DNA of 32,166 nucleotides from Chitinophaga pinensis (GCA_943323675.2 CALPIR020000003.1:1-32166); one strand, 5' to 3'. Shown: positions 1-9,532, counted from the first letter of the stretch. Notes: generated by a model not told the origin, from the sequence alone. Numbers and translations: made by a program.

Positions 1-1401
1 AAAAATTCTAATGGCAGCAGAAGGCATTGAAGGTGTTCCACCTGGCTCACAATCGTTTTTAGCTCTAACTGTATAAATGTAATTTACACATGTAATAGCC
101 GAATTATCTGTATAAGTTTGTGTATTTGCGGCTACCGTAAATGTTGACGTACCGGGCTGTCCCTGAATAATACGTTCAATTACAAAACCATTTTCATTGA
201 TTGATGCATCAGTCCAATTAATAACTATACCGTTATTTGACCCGCTAACTGCAACATTCACACCGGTTGGAGCTGCCGGAGCTGCCGGAGCTTGACCCAT
301 ATAATATGATGCGGACATTGCCTCTCCACACGTTCCAACAGTAGCTACCTTATAGTAATAATTGGTTGATCTAAGAGGTGGTGCATCAGCATAACTTCTT
401 TCGCTACCACTTATAGTTGCTGCTCTAGTGGCTTCAGTCCAAGGACCAGATAACGAAGTTCCTCTGAAAACTTTAAAATTTGGTGGATTAGACCCATTAA
501 ACCCCCAGCTAATACTTACAATGCCATCACATCTTGTGGTGGTAGCGGCAATCCCATAAGGAGGAGTTGCAGATGCGTTTAATGAACTGATAACCGGATT
601 AGAATTTTGACTTGATATTACAGCACCAGCTGGTGTTGTTCTGACAGCTTTCACATAATAATTTAGTGGTCCTTGAATACTATTAACATCATCAAAAGTG
701 GTTTGGCTAGACGGTAAAGTCGCTATTTTTACATTATCTCTATATACCTCTTGGTCATATGAACAAGGAAAGCTACCTGGTGCGTTCCAATTCAACGCTA
801 CTTTTGTACAATGTGCTCCATTAGTAGAATTTAAGGTATTAGGCGAAGTTAAAACAGGCAATGTAACAGTTAGCGCGGATCCAGTTGATAGATGATTCCA
901 AGGACTGATACTTCCAAAGTTGCCACCCGTAGAAATATTTATGAAACCATTTGATTTGTATGCATCAGCAGGTATGTTATTCCAGGTAAAATCTTGATAG
1001 CTCAAAGATCCTTCATTGGTTTTATTTCCAATTGTCACACTGTGACCTCCAACAGCTCCTAGAGAGAACCAAGTACCTCCACTTCCTGTATAATAATCTA
1101 ACCAATCATTGTCATAGGCTGTGGTTCCACTTGCAGCTTGGGCAAATTGAATCCAACTACCTGTTTGAGTTTGATAATAGAAATTAATTGAGTTAATATC
1201 AAGCCTTGCACTTTTTTCTTGGTATAGGAACCTAATCTTAATTTTACTACCGGAGCATTCTCCATTCATGTAAAAAGCGGTAACGTGCGTTAACGGCTGA
1301 AACATAAATTGAGCATAAGCAGATTTCACTCCGCTAAAAAGAAACAAAATCATTAGCAACAAAACGTAGATACGTTTTGTCTGAGAAAACAAAAAATTCA
1401 T
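1..1401 (-). CDS. Large secreted/surface protein with fibronectin type III-like repeats (5' part; runs off the left edge)
   Basis: Manual translation from ATG at 1401 stays open for 467 codons to base 1. It begins MNFLFSQTKRIYVLLLMILFLFSGVKSAYA-Q (signal peptide cleaved before Gln). Three FN3-like units follow: VALNWNAP..EVYRD..TTFDD..NYYVKAV; VSISW..FKVFRG..SYAD..NYYYKVA; PAAPTGV..IVINWTD..FVIER..TYTD..NYIYTVRAKN. It is not in the ORF track because its stop lies outside the window. Confidence 0.9.
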   Translation of the reverse strand, partial: MNFLFSQTKRIYVLLLMILFLFSGVKSAYAQFMFQPLTHVTAFYMNGECSGSKIKIRFLYQEKSARLDINSINFYYQTQTGSWIQFAQAASGTTAYDNDWLDYYTGSGGTWFSLGAVGGHSVTIGNKTNEGSLSYQDFTWNNIPADAYKSNGFINISTGGNFGSISPWNHLSTGSALTVTLPVLTSPNTLNSTNGAHCTKVALNWNAPGSFPCSYDQEVYRDNVKIATLPSSQTTFDDVNSIQGPLNYYVKAVRTTPAGAVISSQNSNPVISSLNASATPPYGIAATTTRCDGIVSISWGFNGSNPPNFKVFRGTSLSGPWTEATRAATISGSERSYADAPPLRSTNYYYKVATVGTCGEAMSASYYMGQAPAAPAAPTGVNVAVSGSNNGIVINWTDASINENGFVIERIIQGQPGTSTFTVAANTQTYTDNSAITCVNYIYTVRAKNDCEPGGTPSMPSAAIRIF

Positions 1402-2142
1402 AGCAGCTTATTTAAAATATTTAGTTATTCCGCACTATTAAAGCAGAAAAAGGCAAGACAATAATATTAAAAATTAATGCAATACCAAGTTTGTTGGCTA
1501 AAGATGTGAGTGTTGTTAGAAAAATGTTAGTAGCTTAACAACTAATTTATATAAGGCAGCCCTTGGTTTTGGTATAACACAGCTGTATGGTACATGAACA
1601 TGTACCACCTATCATTAAAATCGTTCCTTTCTGTCAAACAAGAAGGACATGCCGATTTATTCTTGTTTAAATTAGGTTACTATAAAACTATTCGAAGTTG
1701 GAGAAAACAAAAAACTTATGTATAAAAAACAAGTAAAGTGGTTAAAAAAGATTAGCTATCCTACAATCTATTCGAATTGCCGAGAGATTAAATAGTAATC
1801 AAAATGATAATTTGAAAAGCACTTTATCAAATAAATACCCATCAATTAAACGATGTTAGTTGTTAATGGGTCAAATAATTAAACCGGGGTATCATTCATT
1901 AAAATAGCAATACGTTTAGTAAGTTGAATCTAATACCCATTTAGAAGCAGATGTTGTATCGATAGGATAGATTCATGTAAAGCAAGCATAAATTGTACTT
2001 TTGTTTTGTTTTGTATCCTTTTTTACATGTAACTGTTTATCAAAAACTTGTTATGCCTGACAACAATTTGTTGTGCCATTAAATCGAGTGTTATAGATGC
2101 CGATGTATTTCTACAAATAAATTGGTGTTGCATAATATTTGT

Positions 2143-2150
2143 TAGATTTG
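2143..2150 (+). promoter_or_regulatory. Candidate Bacteroidota sigma70 -7 element (TAGATTTG)
   Basis: Exact TAnnTTTG match 12 nt upstream of the ACP ATG, followed by an A-rich leader. Confidence 0.6.
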
Positions 2151-2162
2151 TAAAAAAAGAAA

Positions 2163-2417
2163 ATGAGTTTGCCGCTAACAGAAATAGAAATCTTCCTAGA
2201 CTTTACTGCATCTGAGTTGTCAATTTCCCAAAACAGCATTTCATTAGAAACACGCTTCCGAGATATTCCTACATGGAGTTCACTAAATGCTTTAATTTAT
2301 ATTTCTAGAATAAACGAAGAAACAAATGTGCTAATCACATCAGGTGATTTATCTGAAATTGATAACCTGGGAGAAATATACCAGTTGATTAAAGAAAGAA
2401 AGCATGGCCATAACTAA
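2163..2417 (+). CDS. Acyl carrier protein
   Basis: 84 aa and acidic. ETRFRDIPTWSSLNAL corresponds to the (W)DSL phosphopantetheinyl-Ser motif. Overlaps the KAS III gene. Confidence 0.85.
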   Translation: MSLPLTEIEIFLDFTASELSISQNSISLETRFRDIPTWSSLNALIYISRINEETNVLITSGDLSEIDNLGEIYQLIKERKHGHN

Positions 2418-3393
2418 GCACCGAGGAATAAAAATTCAGGGTATTGTTAATGTTATTCCTGAGCTATCTGAAGATAATCTAAAATTAACTATTATAGACG
2501 AGAATGAGAGACAAAAACTTGTTAATCATACCGGAATCAGATACAGAAGAATAAGCAAACTCCCAGTAAAAAACTTGTTTTCTAGAGGCATAAAAGAGGC
2601 CATGGAAATAACTGGTTGGACTATAGATGACATTGACATTTTAATATGTGTTACACAAACAACAGAGTTAAGTATACCCTCAGTAGCTTGCCAACTTCAT
2701 GGTGACTTTAACTTTAATCAACAAACAATTTGTTATGATATAAACTCTGGTTGTTCCGGATATGTATATGGATTACATACGATTGCCTCCTTACTATCCA
2801 CTATAAACAGCAAAAACCCCCGTGCATTATTATGTTGTGGCGATGTTTCAACACATTTATTATCATCTGATGACACATCAACACAGCCTATTTTTTCCGA
2901 TGCTATATCTGTTACAGCCATAGAGTTTAATCAAAATGACGATACCATTACCGCTAGGTTTAACCTTGAAACCATAGGCAAAGGTCAAAGTGCTATTTAC
3001 ACAGAGATAAATGCGCAGAATAAAAAAATAATGAAACTGAATGGTATTGATGTTTTTGCATATTCAGTTAAATATGTTCCACAAAATATTAAAGCATTAA
3101 TTGAAACGGCACAAACGCCCGATGAACTTCCAGAAAATTACATTTTCCATCAAGCTAACAAGTTAATTAATGATGCAATAGTTAGAAAACTTAACTTAAA
3201 TATTGATAGGGTACCACAAACGTTAAGTCTGTACGGAAACACTGCTTCTGCAAGTATACCCATAACGTTATGTACATGTTTAAATGAAATAAAAAATTGG
3301 GTGCTTTTATCAGGATTTGGAGTTGGTTTTTCTGTTGCCTCAGCACTTATAAAATTACCCGATTTTGTACCTCACAAAACAATTGAAATATGA
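2404..3393 (+). CDS. 3-oxoacyl-ACP synthase III (FabH-like), cluster-associated paralog
   Basis: TGIRYRR; catalytic Cys117 in DINSGCSGY; FHQAN; YGNTASASIP; LSGFGVG. Confidence 0.92.
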   Translation: MAITKHRGIKIQGIVNVIPELSEDNLKLTIIDENERQKLVNHTGIRYRRISKLPVKNLFSRGIKEAMEITGWTIDDIDILICVTQTTELSIPSVACQLHGDFNFNQQTICYDINSGCSGYVYGLHTIASLLSTINSKNPRALLCCGDVSTHLLSSDDTSTQPIFSDAISVTAIEFNQNDDTITARFNLETIGKGQSAIYTEINAQNKKIMKLNGIDVFAYSVKYVPQNIKALIETAQTPDELPENYIFHQANKLINDAIVRKLNLNIDRVPQTLSLYGNTASASIPITLCTCLNEIKNWVLLSGFGVGFSVASALIKLPDFVPHKTIEI

Positions 3394-4322
3394 CCCGGAT
3401 TGACGTAGTAATACCTGTTTACCAATCAGAAGTTACAGCAAAATCATTAATAGAAAGATTAAACAGTTGGGTAAAACATACCAATTTAATTCCACATTTT
3501 ATTTTTGTAAATGATGGTAGTTTGGATAAAACCCTTCAAGTTTTAAAGAAAGAACTAAATACTACTAACCTCTCTTATTCGATTATCTCCCTTGCTAAAA
3601 ATTATGGCCAGCACACAGCAACAGCTATTGGATTTTTTTATTGTAAAAATGGGTTAATTGCTACCATTGACGATGACTTACAGCACGATCCATCTGTAAT
3701 TGATGAGATGTATGAGTGCATGAAAACTCACGAAAACGATTTAATTTATGGTAATTACACGCAGAAAAAACATCACTCTTTGCGTAACATTGGCACCATA
3801 GCCTTACAACAAATACTTAAATTAGAGGGTAAGGACTATTCAATGGTAACATCTTGCAGGTTGATGAAAAGCAGTGTGATATCTGTTTTTAGGAATAACC
3901 AAAGGCGCGTGTTCTTTGTGGATGATTATTTATTATTAGGTGCTTTAAACGTTAAGTCTTGCTTGGTAGAACATAACGAAAGAACAACTGGAAATTCAGG
4001 GTACACACTTGGCAAATTAACAAAAATGGCTTTTACTATTCTGCTGTTACACTCCACATTACCACTCCGAGTTATCAGTCGAATGGGCTTATATATGTCA
4101 ATCGTATTTTTTATTTTAGGGTGTTTATACATTTATAAGAAAATTGCATTTGATGTCGAAATTGGTTTTACATCACTCATTGTTGCCATTTTTTTCACAA
4201 CTGGTTTAATCTTGTTTTCGCTTGGTATTATTGGTGAGTACATTAGGAGGATATGGGTATCAAAACAAAACCTTGATATGATTATAATAGCAGACCAATC
4301 AACTTCTGAAATTATAAACTAA
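3390..4322 (+). CDS. GT2 polyprenyl-phosphate glycosyltransferase (GtrB/ArnC-like)
   Basis: VVIPVY, FVNDGSLD, KNYGQHTA, TIDDDLQHDP. Two C-terminal TM helices ending LGIIGEYIRRI. ATGA overlap with the upstream gene. Confidence 0.9.
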   Translation: MTRIDVVIPVYQSEVTAKSLIERLNSWVKHTNLIPHFIFVNDGSLDKTLQVLKKELNTTNLSYSIISLAKNYGQHTATAIGFFYCKNGLIATIDDDLQHDPSVIDEMYECMKTHENDLIYGNYTQKKHHSLRNIGTIALQQILKLEGKDYSMVTSCRLMKSSVISVFRNNQRRVFFVDDYLLLGALNVKSCLVEHNERTTGNSGYTLGKLTKMAFTILLLHSTLPLRVISRMGLYMSIVFFILGCLYIYKKIAFDVEIGFTSLIVAIFFTTGLILFSLGIIGEYIRRIWVSKQNLDMIIIADQSTSEIIN

Positions 4323-4604
4323 CACGTTAAAATTTATACTAAATTAAACCAATACATTATTGTTAAATAAAACAATGAATAGCCCTTTACTTGTTAAATA
4401 AATTTATCCGACCACTTATGAAAGTTGAGCATAAGCATAATGGAAGTAAAAATATAATAACTAGGTAAAGGCTAAATAAACTGCATTTACACCATTATAC
4501 CATGGTGAAATATTCCAATATAATCAGGGTTTAGTTAAGAAATAAATTTACATTCGTGTTACTAAAATTAAATCAAAATATCATCTGTTTAGTCAATTAA
4601 GTAA

Positions 4605-5135
4605 TTGGAGGAATTAAAAAGTAACAGTATTACACTCACTAAACTTAACGAAGGCAATCTTGAATTACTTCGTAACTGGCGTAACACACCACAAATTTCA
4701 AAAAACATGGAGTTTAGTGGTTACATCACGAGTGAAAACCAGCATTTATGGTTTAGCAACCTTTGCACTAAAACAAATTATTACTTTATCATTAATTACC
4801 AGAATCGTAAAATTGGCTTAATTCACCTGAATAAATTTGACCATGACAGATCATCGGCACATGCTGGTTTATTCATAGCCGAAAATGAATTTACAGGGAC
4901 AGGTATCTCTTTAGGGGCATCATTGCTTTTACTGGCATATGCATTTGATGAATTAAAACTTAACAATGTTTACGCTAAAATTAAACTAGATAACCTATCT
5001 GCATTAAAGTATAACAGTGGGTTAGGGTTTGTTTTTGAAAAAAACCTGAACGAATCATTCAGCCTTTATAGGATTACAAAAAGTGATTTCCATGAAAAGA
5101 AATCATTGCTAATAAAGCTTTCGCAGGTTATATAA
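4605..5135 (+). CDS. GNAT N-acyltransferase, PseH-like (nucleotide amino-sugar N-acetyltransferase family)
   Basis: LELLRNWRN..ITSENQHLWF..KIGLIHL..AFDELKLNNVY..DNLSALKYNSGLGF. TTG start. TACATTCG near-consensus -7 box at 4549-4556. Confidence 0.8.
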   Translation: MEELKSNSITLTKLNEGNLELLRNWRNTPQISKNMEFSGYITSENQHLWFSNLCTKTNYYFIINYQNRKIGLIHLNKFDHDRSSAHAGLFIAENEFTGTGISLGASLLLLAYAFDELKLNNVYAKIKLDNLSALKYNSGLGFVFEKNLNESFSLYRITKSDFHEKKSLLIKLSQVI

Positions 5136-5143
5136 ATAGTGAA

Positions 5144-6049
5144 TTATTTCTGCAAAAACCGCCATCTCCATTCATTGATAAGGTATTTCAGTTTTTTACC
5201 AATACTTTTTGTCTCTAATTCAAGGTAGTTTCTTGTAAATAACCCAGGATTTAAAATCCACTTAATTGCTCTTTTATGAAGTGACAGTGAAGCGTATGGA
5301 AACTTGCTAAGGTTAAAATGAGGCTTTAAAATGGGTTGAATTTTAGTAAAGTAAGCAATTCGGTTGTGCCAATAAAAATCTTTATTGCGTTCAGGCATCA
5401 CATCAAGCCCAATATGAAAAGTTAGGTGCGCATCAGGTAAAAAAAGCGGCTTTGTAGCAAATGAAAATAAATTATGTACCAGCGCAACCTCAACGAAAGG
5501 AATACCTACACAAATATTATCCAAAATAAGACACCTGATTAACTCCTTCTTAATAACAAAACAATCAAAACCAGGGTGTGATTTACCTAAATCAGCAAAC
5601 ATCATTTCAAGACAAATTTCATCAGCATATTTTTTACTTATTCTTCTGCGGTTGATTACAATGGCATCGTATCCCTGAATTACATATTGATGAACTACAT
5701 TATAAAAATATGGCATTAAAGCAATATCAGCATTGGTATAAATATAATAATCAGAATCAGGCACCTCATTAAATTTATCAAAGATATCTGCTATTAAAGG
5801 GAGCTTTTTGCCACTTAATTTCGGATTCACATCAAGCACCGATCTGGTTAAGTTTGATAGAGATAAAAATCCTTCAGGGATGATTGTACTATCTTCCTCA
5901 AAATTTGTAGTACAAAGGTTTATTTGACATAAGTTTTCGGTATAACTTTTTGCCCTTATCATGGAAGCAAAAGTAATCGGCTGAGACTTGTATAAATCTG
6001 AGCTTTCCGTTACTTTTACAGGGTTAATAATATGAGTTAACTTAATCAA
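5144..6049 (-). CDS. Hypothetical protein, possibly GT-A-fold glycosyltransferase-like
   Basis: 301-aa ORF with TTG start and an in-frame stop 6 codons upstream. DYYIYTNADIAL resembles the strand plus DxD-type motif of GT-A enzymes; also HPGFDCFV. Confidence 0.6.
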   Translation of the reverse strand: MIKLTHIINPVKVTESSDLYKSQPITFASMIRAKSYTENLCQINLCTTNFEEDSTIIPEGFLSLSNLTRSVLDVNPKLSGKKLPLIADIFDKFNEVPDSDYYIYTNADIALMPYFYNVVHQYVIQGYDAIVINRRRISKKYADEICLEMMFADLGKSHPGFDCFVIKKELIRCLILDNICVGIPFVEVALVHNLFSFATKPLFLPDAHLTFHIGLDVMPERNKDFYWHNRIAYFTKIQPILKPHFNLSKFPYASLSLHKRAIKWILNPGLFTRNYLELETKSIGKKLKYLINEWRWRFLQK

Positions 6050-7182
6050 TGGGTAAAATTTTATTTAATGACGTTCGGAAGACTGACAATTATACAAAAA
6101 ACATTTCCATGTTGTTTTCCGATTATGAATTGTTTAGAAATAAACATTTCTCTGAATTATGTAAGTTACATTTAAATAAGCATTACAAAGAATCAAGTTT
6201 GTTCCTAACTCATTCAGCAACTGGAGCACTTGAAATGATTGCGCTCCTATTAGACATTAAGCCAGGTGATGAAATTATTATGCCCTCGTTTACCTATGTA
6301 TCAACGGCAAATGCATTTGTTTCTTTAGGTGCAACACCTGTTTTTGTTGACATCAACCAAGAAACGTTAAACATTGACGATACACTCATAGAGCTTGCTA
6401 TTACGCCAAAAACAAAAGCAGTTGTTGCTATGCATTACGCAGGTCTATCAAACAACCTAAACGTTATAAAATCAATTTGCATCAAAAATAACCTGTATTT
6501 AATTGAAGATGCTGCAATGGCTTATGGAAATAAAGATGATTTAAAACCATTGGGAACTATTGGCGATTTTGGTGTTATCAGCTTTGATATAACAAAGCAT
6601 ATTTCTGCCATTCAGGGAGGTTTACTTATTATAAACAATAAAACATTTGCCCATCGAGCTTCAAACATATACCACATAGGTACAAATCGGGAAGATTTCA
6701 ACTCAAAAAAAACGGCACATTATGAGTGGGTTGATTTGGGATTAAAATTTCAAATGAATGAGCTAAGTGCCGCTACTTTGTATGATGACCTACTGAATGA
6801 AGAAAAGATTATTAGTCATAGAAAAACACTATCAGAAATATATTATAATTTACTTAGTCATTTAGAAGAACAAGGCAAATTAAAGTTAATCAATAAACCT
6901 TTTTTAAAAGACAACATACATGAGTTTTTTCTCATATTAAATACAACAGAAGAAAGAGACGCGTTGGCACAATATTTATTACAATGCAACATCGAAGCCT
7001 ATTTCCATTATCTACCCCTTCACGGCTCACCAATGGGTAAAAAATATAAATTTGTAGGGAGCGGCTTATGCACCAAAGTTTCTGAGTGCTTAATTCGACT
7101 ACCTTTACACAATAACCTTACTTTATCCGATATTCATTCAGTTTGTAAATCAGTTGATCATTATTTCATCAACAATGCATGA
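6049..7182 (+). CDS. wecE: DegT/DnrJ/EryC1/StrS PLP aminotransferase, WecE/RffA-like (dTDP-4-amino-4,6-dideoxyhexose transaminase)
   Basis: THSATGALEMIALLLDIKPGDEIIMPSFTYVSTANAF, IEDAA, SFDITK (PLP Lys), GTNR, FHYLPLH, LIRLPL. These closely follow the WecE pattern. Confidence 0.85.
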   Translation: MGKILFNDVRKTDNYTKNISMLFSDYELFRNKHFSELCKLHLNKHYKESSLFLTHSATGALEMIALLLDIKPGDEIIMPSFTYVSTANAFVSLGATPVFVDINQETLNIDDTLIELAITPKTKAVVAMHYAGLSNNLNVIKSICIKNNLYLIEDAAMAYGNKDDLKPLGTIGDFGVISFDITKHISAIQGGLLIINNKTFAHRASNIYHIGTNREDFNSKKTAHYEWVDLGLKFQMNELSAATLYDDLLNEEKIISHRKTLSEIYYNLLSHLEEQGKLKLINKPFLKDNIHEFFLILNTTEERDALAQYLLQCNIEAYFHYLPLHGSPMGKKYKFVGSGLCTKVSECLIRLPLHNNLTLSDIHSVCKSVDHYFINNA

Positions 7183-7996
7183 TCAAAAACAAATTATAAC
7201 AAGTAAACCAGATAATTTTAACCATTATCTGAAAAAACTATGGCGCTACAAAGCCCTAATATGGGTTTTTGCCCAACGCGACATCAAAGTTAAATATGCG
7301 CAAACTGCACTAGGTGTAGCTTGGACCATTCTTCAACCACTTACCGCCTTAGTTATTTACACAGTATTTTTTGGTGTTATCATGAATTGGTCGGCAGGTA
7401 ATATTCCTTTTCCATTATATGTATTAAGCGGATTAATAGGGTGGAATTTTTTTTCTTATATTATATACTCAGGCTCTTCAAGTGTACAAGATGCTTCATT
7501 TACAATAAAAAAAATATATTTCCCTAAAAGCATTTTGCCCTTATCTAAAGTGGTTGTGGCTTTTGTAGAACTTATTTTTAGTTTATTTTTACTTATACCA
7601 CTGATGATATATTACGGCATTCCTTTGTCGTGGCATATTGTATTTTTACCATTTGTACTAATTTATAACACATGTTGTGGTCTTTTACTAGTGTTTTGGG
7701 TTGCATCCTTTGCATACAAGAAAAAGGATTTATTCCACTTACTTCCTTATATTGTTAATTTGGGAATGTGGCTCACACCTGTATTTTTTACAAGTAATTT
7801 TTTGCCAGAAAAGCTTCGGATTATTGCCATAATTAATCCGATGGCTAATGTCGTGGATCTTTGGAGATGGCTTCTATTTAACAATGTAGATTTCAATTTG
7901 ATTTGGGTATTAAATTTTATAGTTATACTTATTCTAAGTATTTTTGGTATGTATTACTATAATAAAAAAGAAGGCGAATTCGCAGATTTTGTATGA
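7175..7996 (+). CDS. wzm: Polysaccharide ABC transporter permease
   Basis: RDIKVKYAQTALGVAWTILQPL, IKKIYFP, WLTPVFF, INPM, about 6 TM helices. ATG at 7175, which overlaps the wecE stop, is preferred over TTG at 7154. Confidence 0.92.
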   Translation: MHDQKQIITSKPDNFNHYLKKLWRYKALIWVFAQRDIKVKYAQTALGVAWTILQPLTALVIYTVFFGVIMNWSAGNIPFPLYVLSGLIGWNFFSYIIYSGSSSVQDASFTIKKIYFPKSILPLSKVVVAFVELIFSLFLLIPLMIYYGIPLSWHIVFLPFVLIYNTCCGLLLVFWVASFAYKKKDLFHLLPYIVNLGMWLTPVFFTSNFLPEKLRIIAIINPMANVVDLWRWLLFNNVDFNLIWVLNFIVILILSIFGMYYYNKKEGEFADFV

Positions 7997-9108
7997 TGAA
8001 TGACACAGCAATTAAAATAGAAAATCTGTCCAAAAAGTACTTTTTAAATAATGGCAAAAATTTACTCATAAGTAATAAAGAGGAATTTTGGGCATTAAAT
8101 AATGTGTCATTTGAAGTAAAAAAAGGAGAAAAAATAGTAATAACTGGCCCTAATGGAAGTGGCAAAAGTACATTGTTAAAAATACTGGCAGGAATTATAA
8201 AACCATCCGAAGGAGAAGTGACAATATATGGACGAGTAGCAAGTATTTTAGATATTGGTGCTGGTTTTCATCCCGAACTAAGTGGAAGTGATAATATTTA
8301 TTTAAATGGTCAATTACTTGGGTTTTCTAAATATGAAATTAAACAGAAATATAACGACATAGTAGAATTCAGCGGAATTGAAAAATTTATTAATGAGCCA
8401 ATAAAGCACTATTCAAACGGAATGTATTTGCGTTTAGCTTTTAGCATAATAGCACATTTAGATTTTGATATATATCTTTTTGATGAAGTAATTAATGTAG
8501 GTGATGCTGAATTCAGAGAAAAGTCTAAAAAACTATTTGATAATGATAAATATAAAACGGTAATACTTGCCACACATGTATTAGATGAAATAAACACCCC
8601 TTCCAATAGAGTTGTCAAATTAGAAAATGGCCTTTTATCGGAAGAAAAGAGTTCAAACAATTTGGAAAAGGAAAGTGAAATTGATTTTTTGGAAGGAATT
8701 ATCAAATTTGAAAAAGGAATAATTGAAATTAAAAGGACTGACTTTGACGATAAGATAGAATTTATTATAACATCAACCTTAAACGAGCCACACTTAAAAG
8801 AAAAGCATTTAATTACTTGTTTAGTAGATATAAGAAGCAACTATTTGATGAGCCATTTAGGATTTAAACACATTAACGAGATTGAATACATTGATGAGTT
8901 TTCCTTTTCTCAAAAATTTATACTTAATAAGATATTGTTTAGAGGTGGTAACTATAGTTTATCTTTTATTTATACAAGAAGTGGTGACCCTAGCGATTAT
9001 TATAAGTTATCTAAAAAGTTTGATTTTTACTTTGATAATAAAATATTTGAGTTAAATTATTCAAATGAGAACGCATATGGATCTATAATTTATCCCAATA
9101 CCCTCTAA
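7993..9108 (+). CDS. wzt: Polysaccharide ABC transporter ATP-binding protein with C-terminal extension
   Basis: FWALNNVSFEV, Walker A GPNGSGKS, GFHPELSG, signature YSNGM, Walker B IYLFDE, H-loop ATH, and about 150 extra C-terminal residues. Confidence 0.92.
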   Translation: MMNDTAIKIENLSKKYFLNNGKNLLISNKEEFWALNNVSFEVKKGEKIVITGPNGSGKSTLLKILAGIIKPSEGEVTIYGRVASILDIGAGFHPELSGSDNIYLNGQLLGFSKYEIKQKYNDIVEFSGIEKFINEPIKHYSNGMYLRLAFSIIAHLDFDIYLFDEVINVGDAEFREKSKKLFDNDKYKTVILATHVLDEINTPSNRVVKLENGLLSEEKSSNNLEKESEIDFLEGIIKFEKGIIEIKRTDFDDKIEFIITSTLNEPHLKEKHLITCLVDIRSNYLMSHLGFKHINEIEYIDEFSFSQKFILNKILFRGGNYSLSFIYTRSGDPSDYYKLSKKFDFYFDNKIFELNYSNENAYGSIIYPNTL

Positions 9109-9258
9109 AATTCTCCCCTTAAGTGTAAATATCAAAAGTTTTCATTAAAGAAAAATTTATACCAATAACCATTTTGATATAGGTTGGGGGCCTTAAGTTA
9201 ATACAATCACCCTTTCATTATTTTTACATTTCTAACACCTAGCTTAAAGAATCATAAG

Positions 9259-9299
9259 ATTAAACAGACAATGTGAGATGCCTTTTTGTTCTGTTTAAT
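9259..9299. other. Intergenic hairpin (possible terminator or processing site)
   Basis: ATTAAACAGA-CAA ... TTG-T-TCTGTTTAAT: a 10-bp perfect outer stem between wzt and the dioxygenase run. No clear U-tract. Confidence 0.35.
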
Positions 9300-9507
9300 G
9301 GCTCTAAATAGGAAATTTGTGTTGGTTTTGATAATTGCATGAAAACTTGCTTAATTTTATCTAACTCTTTTTAACGCTCAACAAATTGAATAGAACAAAA
9401 CCATTTCTTTTTTAATTTTTACAATTTAAAGTTGATATTTTTGCCTACTTCAAAATTGTTCCTCGTAAGGAAAAACCTACAATAAGCCAATAGTATACAT
9501 TAAACTA

Positions 9508-9515
9508 TACCTTTG
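9508..9515 (+). promoter_or_regulatory. Candidate -7 element (TACCTTTG) for the dioxygenase operon
   Basis: Exact TAnnTTTG 17 nt before ATG 9533. A second match, TATTTTTG, lies at 9436-9443. Confidence 0.6.
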
Positions 9516-9532
9516 GATAAACATAATTTAAA

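Noticed and set aside
269-292. 9-bp tandem repeat GGAGCTGCC (about 2.7 copies)
   Set aside because: It simply encodes the APAAPAAP linker of the FN3 protein; in-frame and too short for a contingency locus.
698-895. 65-aa plus-strand ORF
   Set aside because: Antisense shadow inside the long FN3-repeat gene.
4360-4402. Direct repeat TTGTTAAATAAA x2, 31 bp apart
   Set aside because: Nearly all A/T in AT-rich DNA and only two copies, so not distinguishable from chance and not CRISPR-like.
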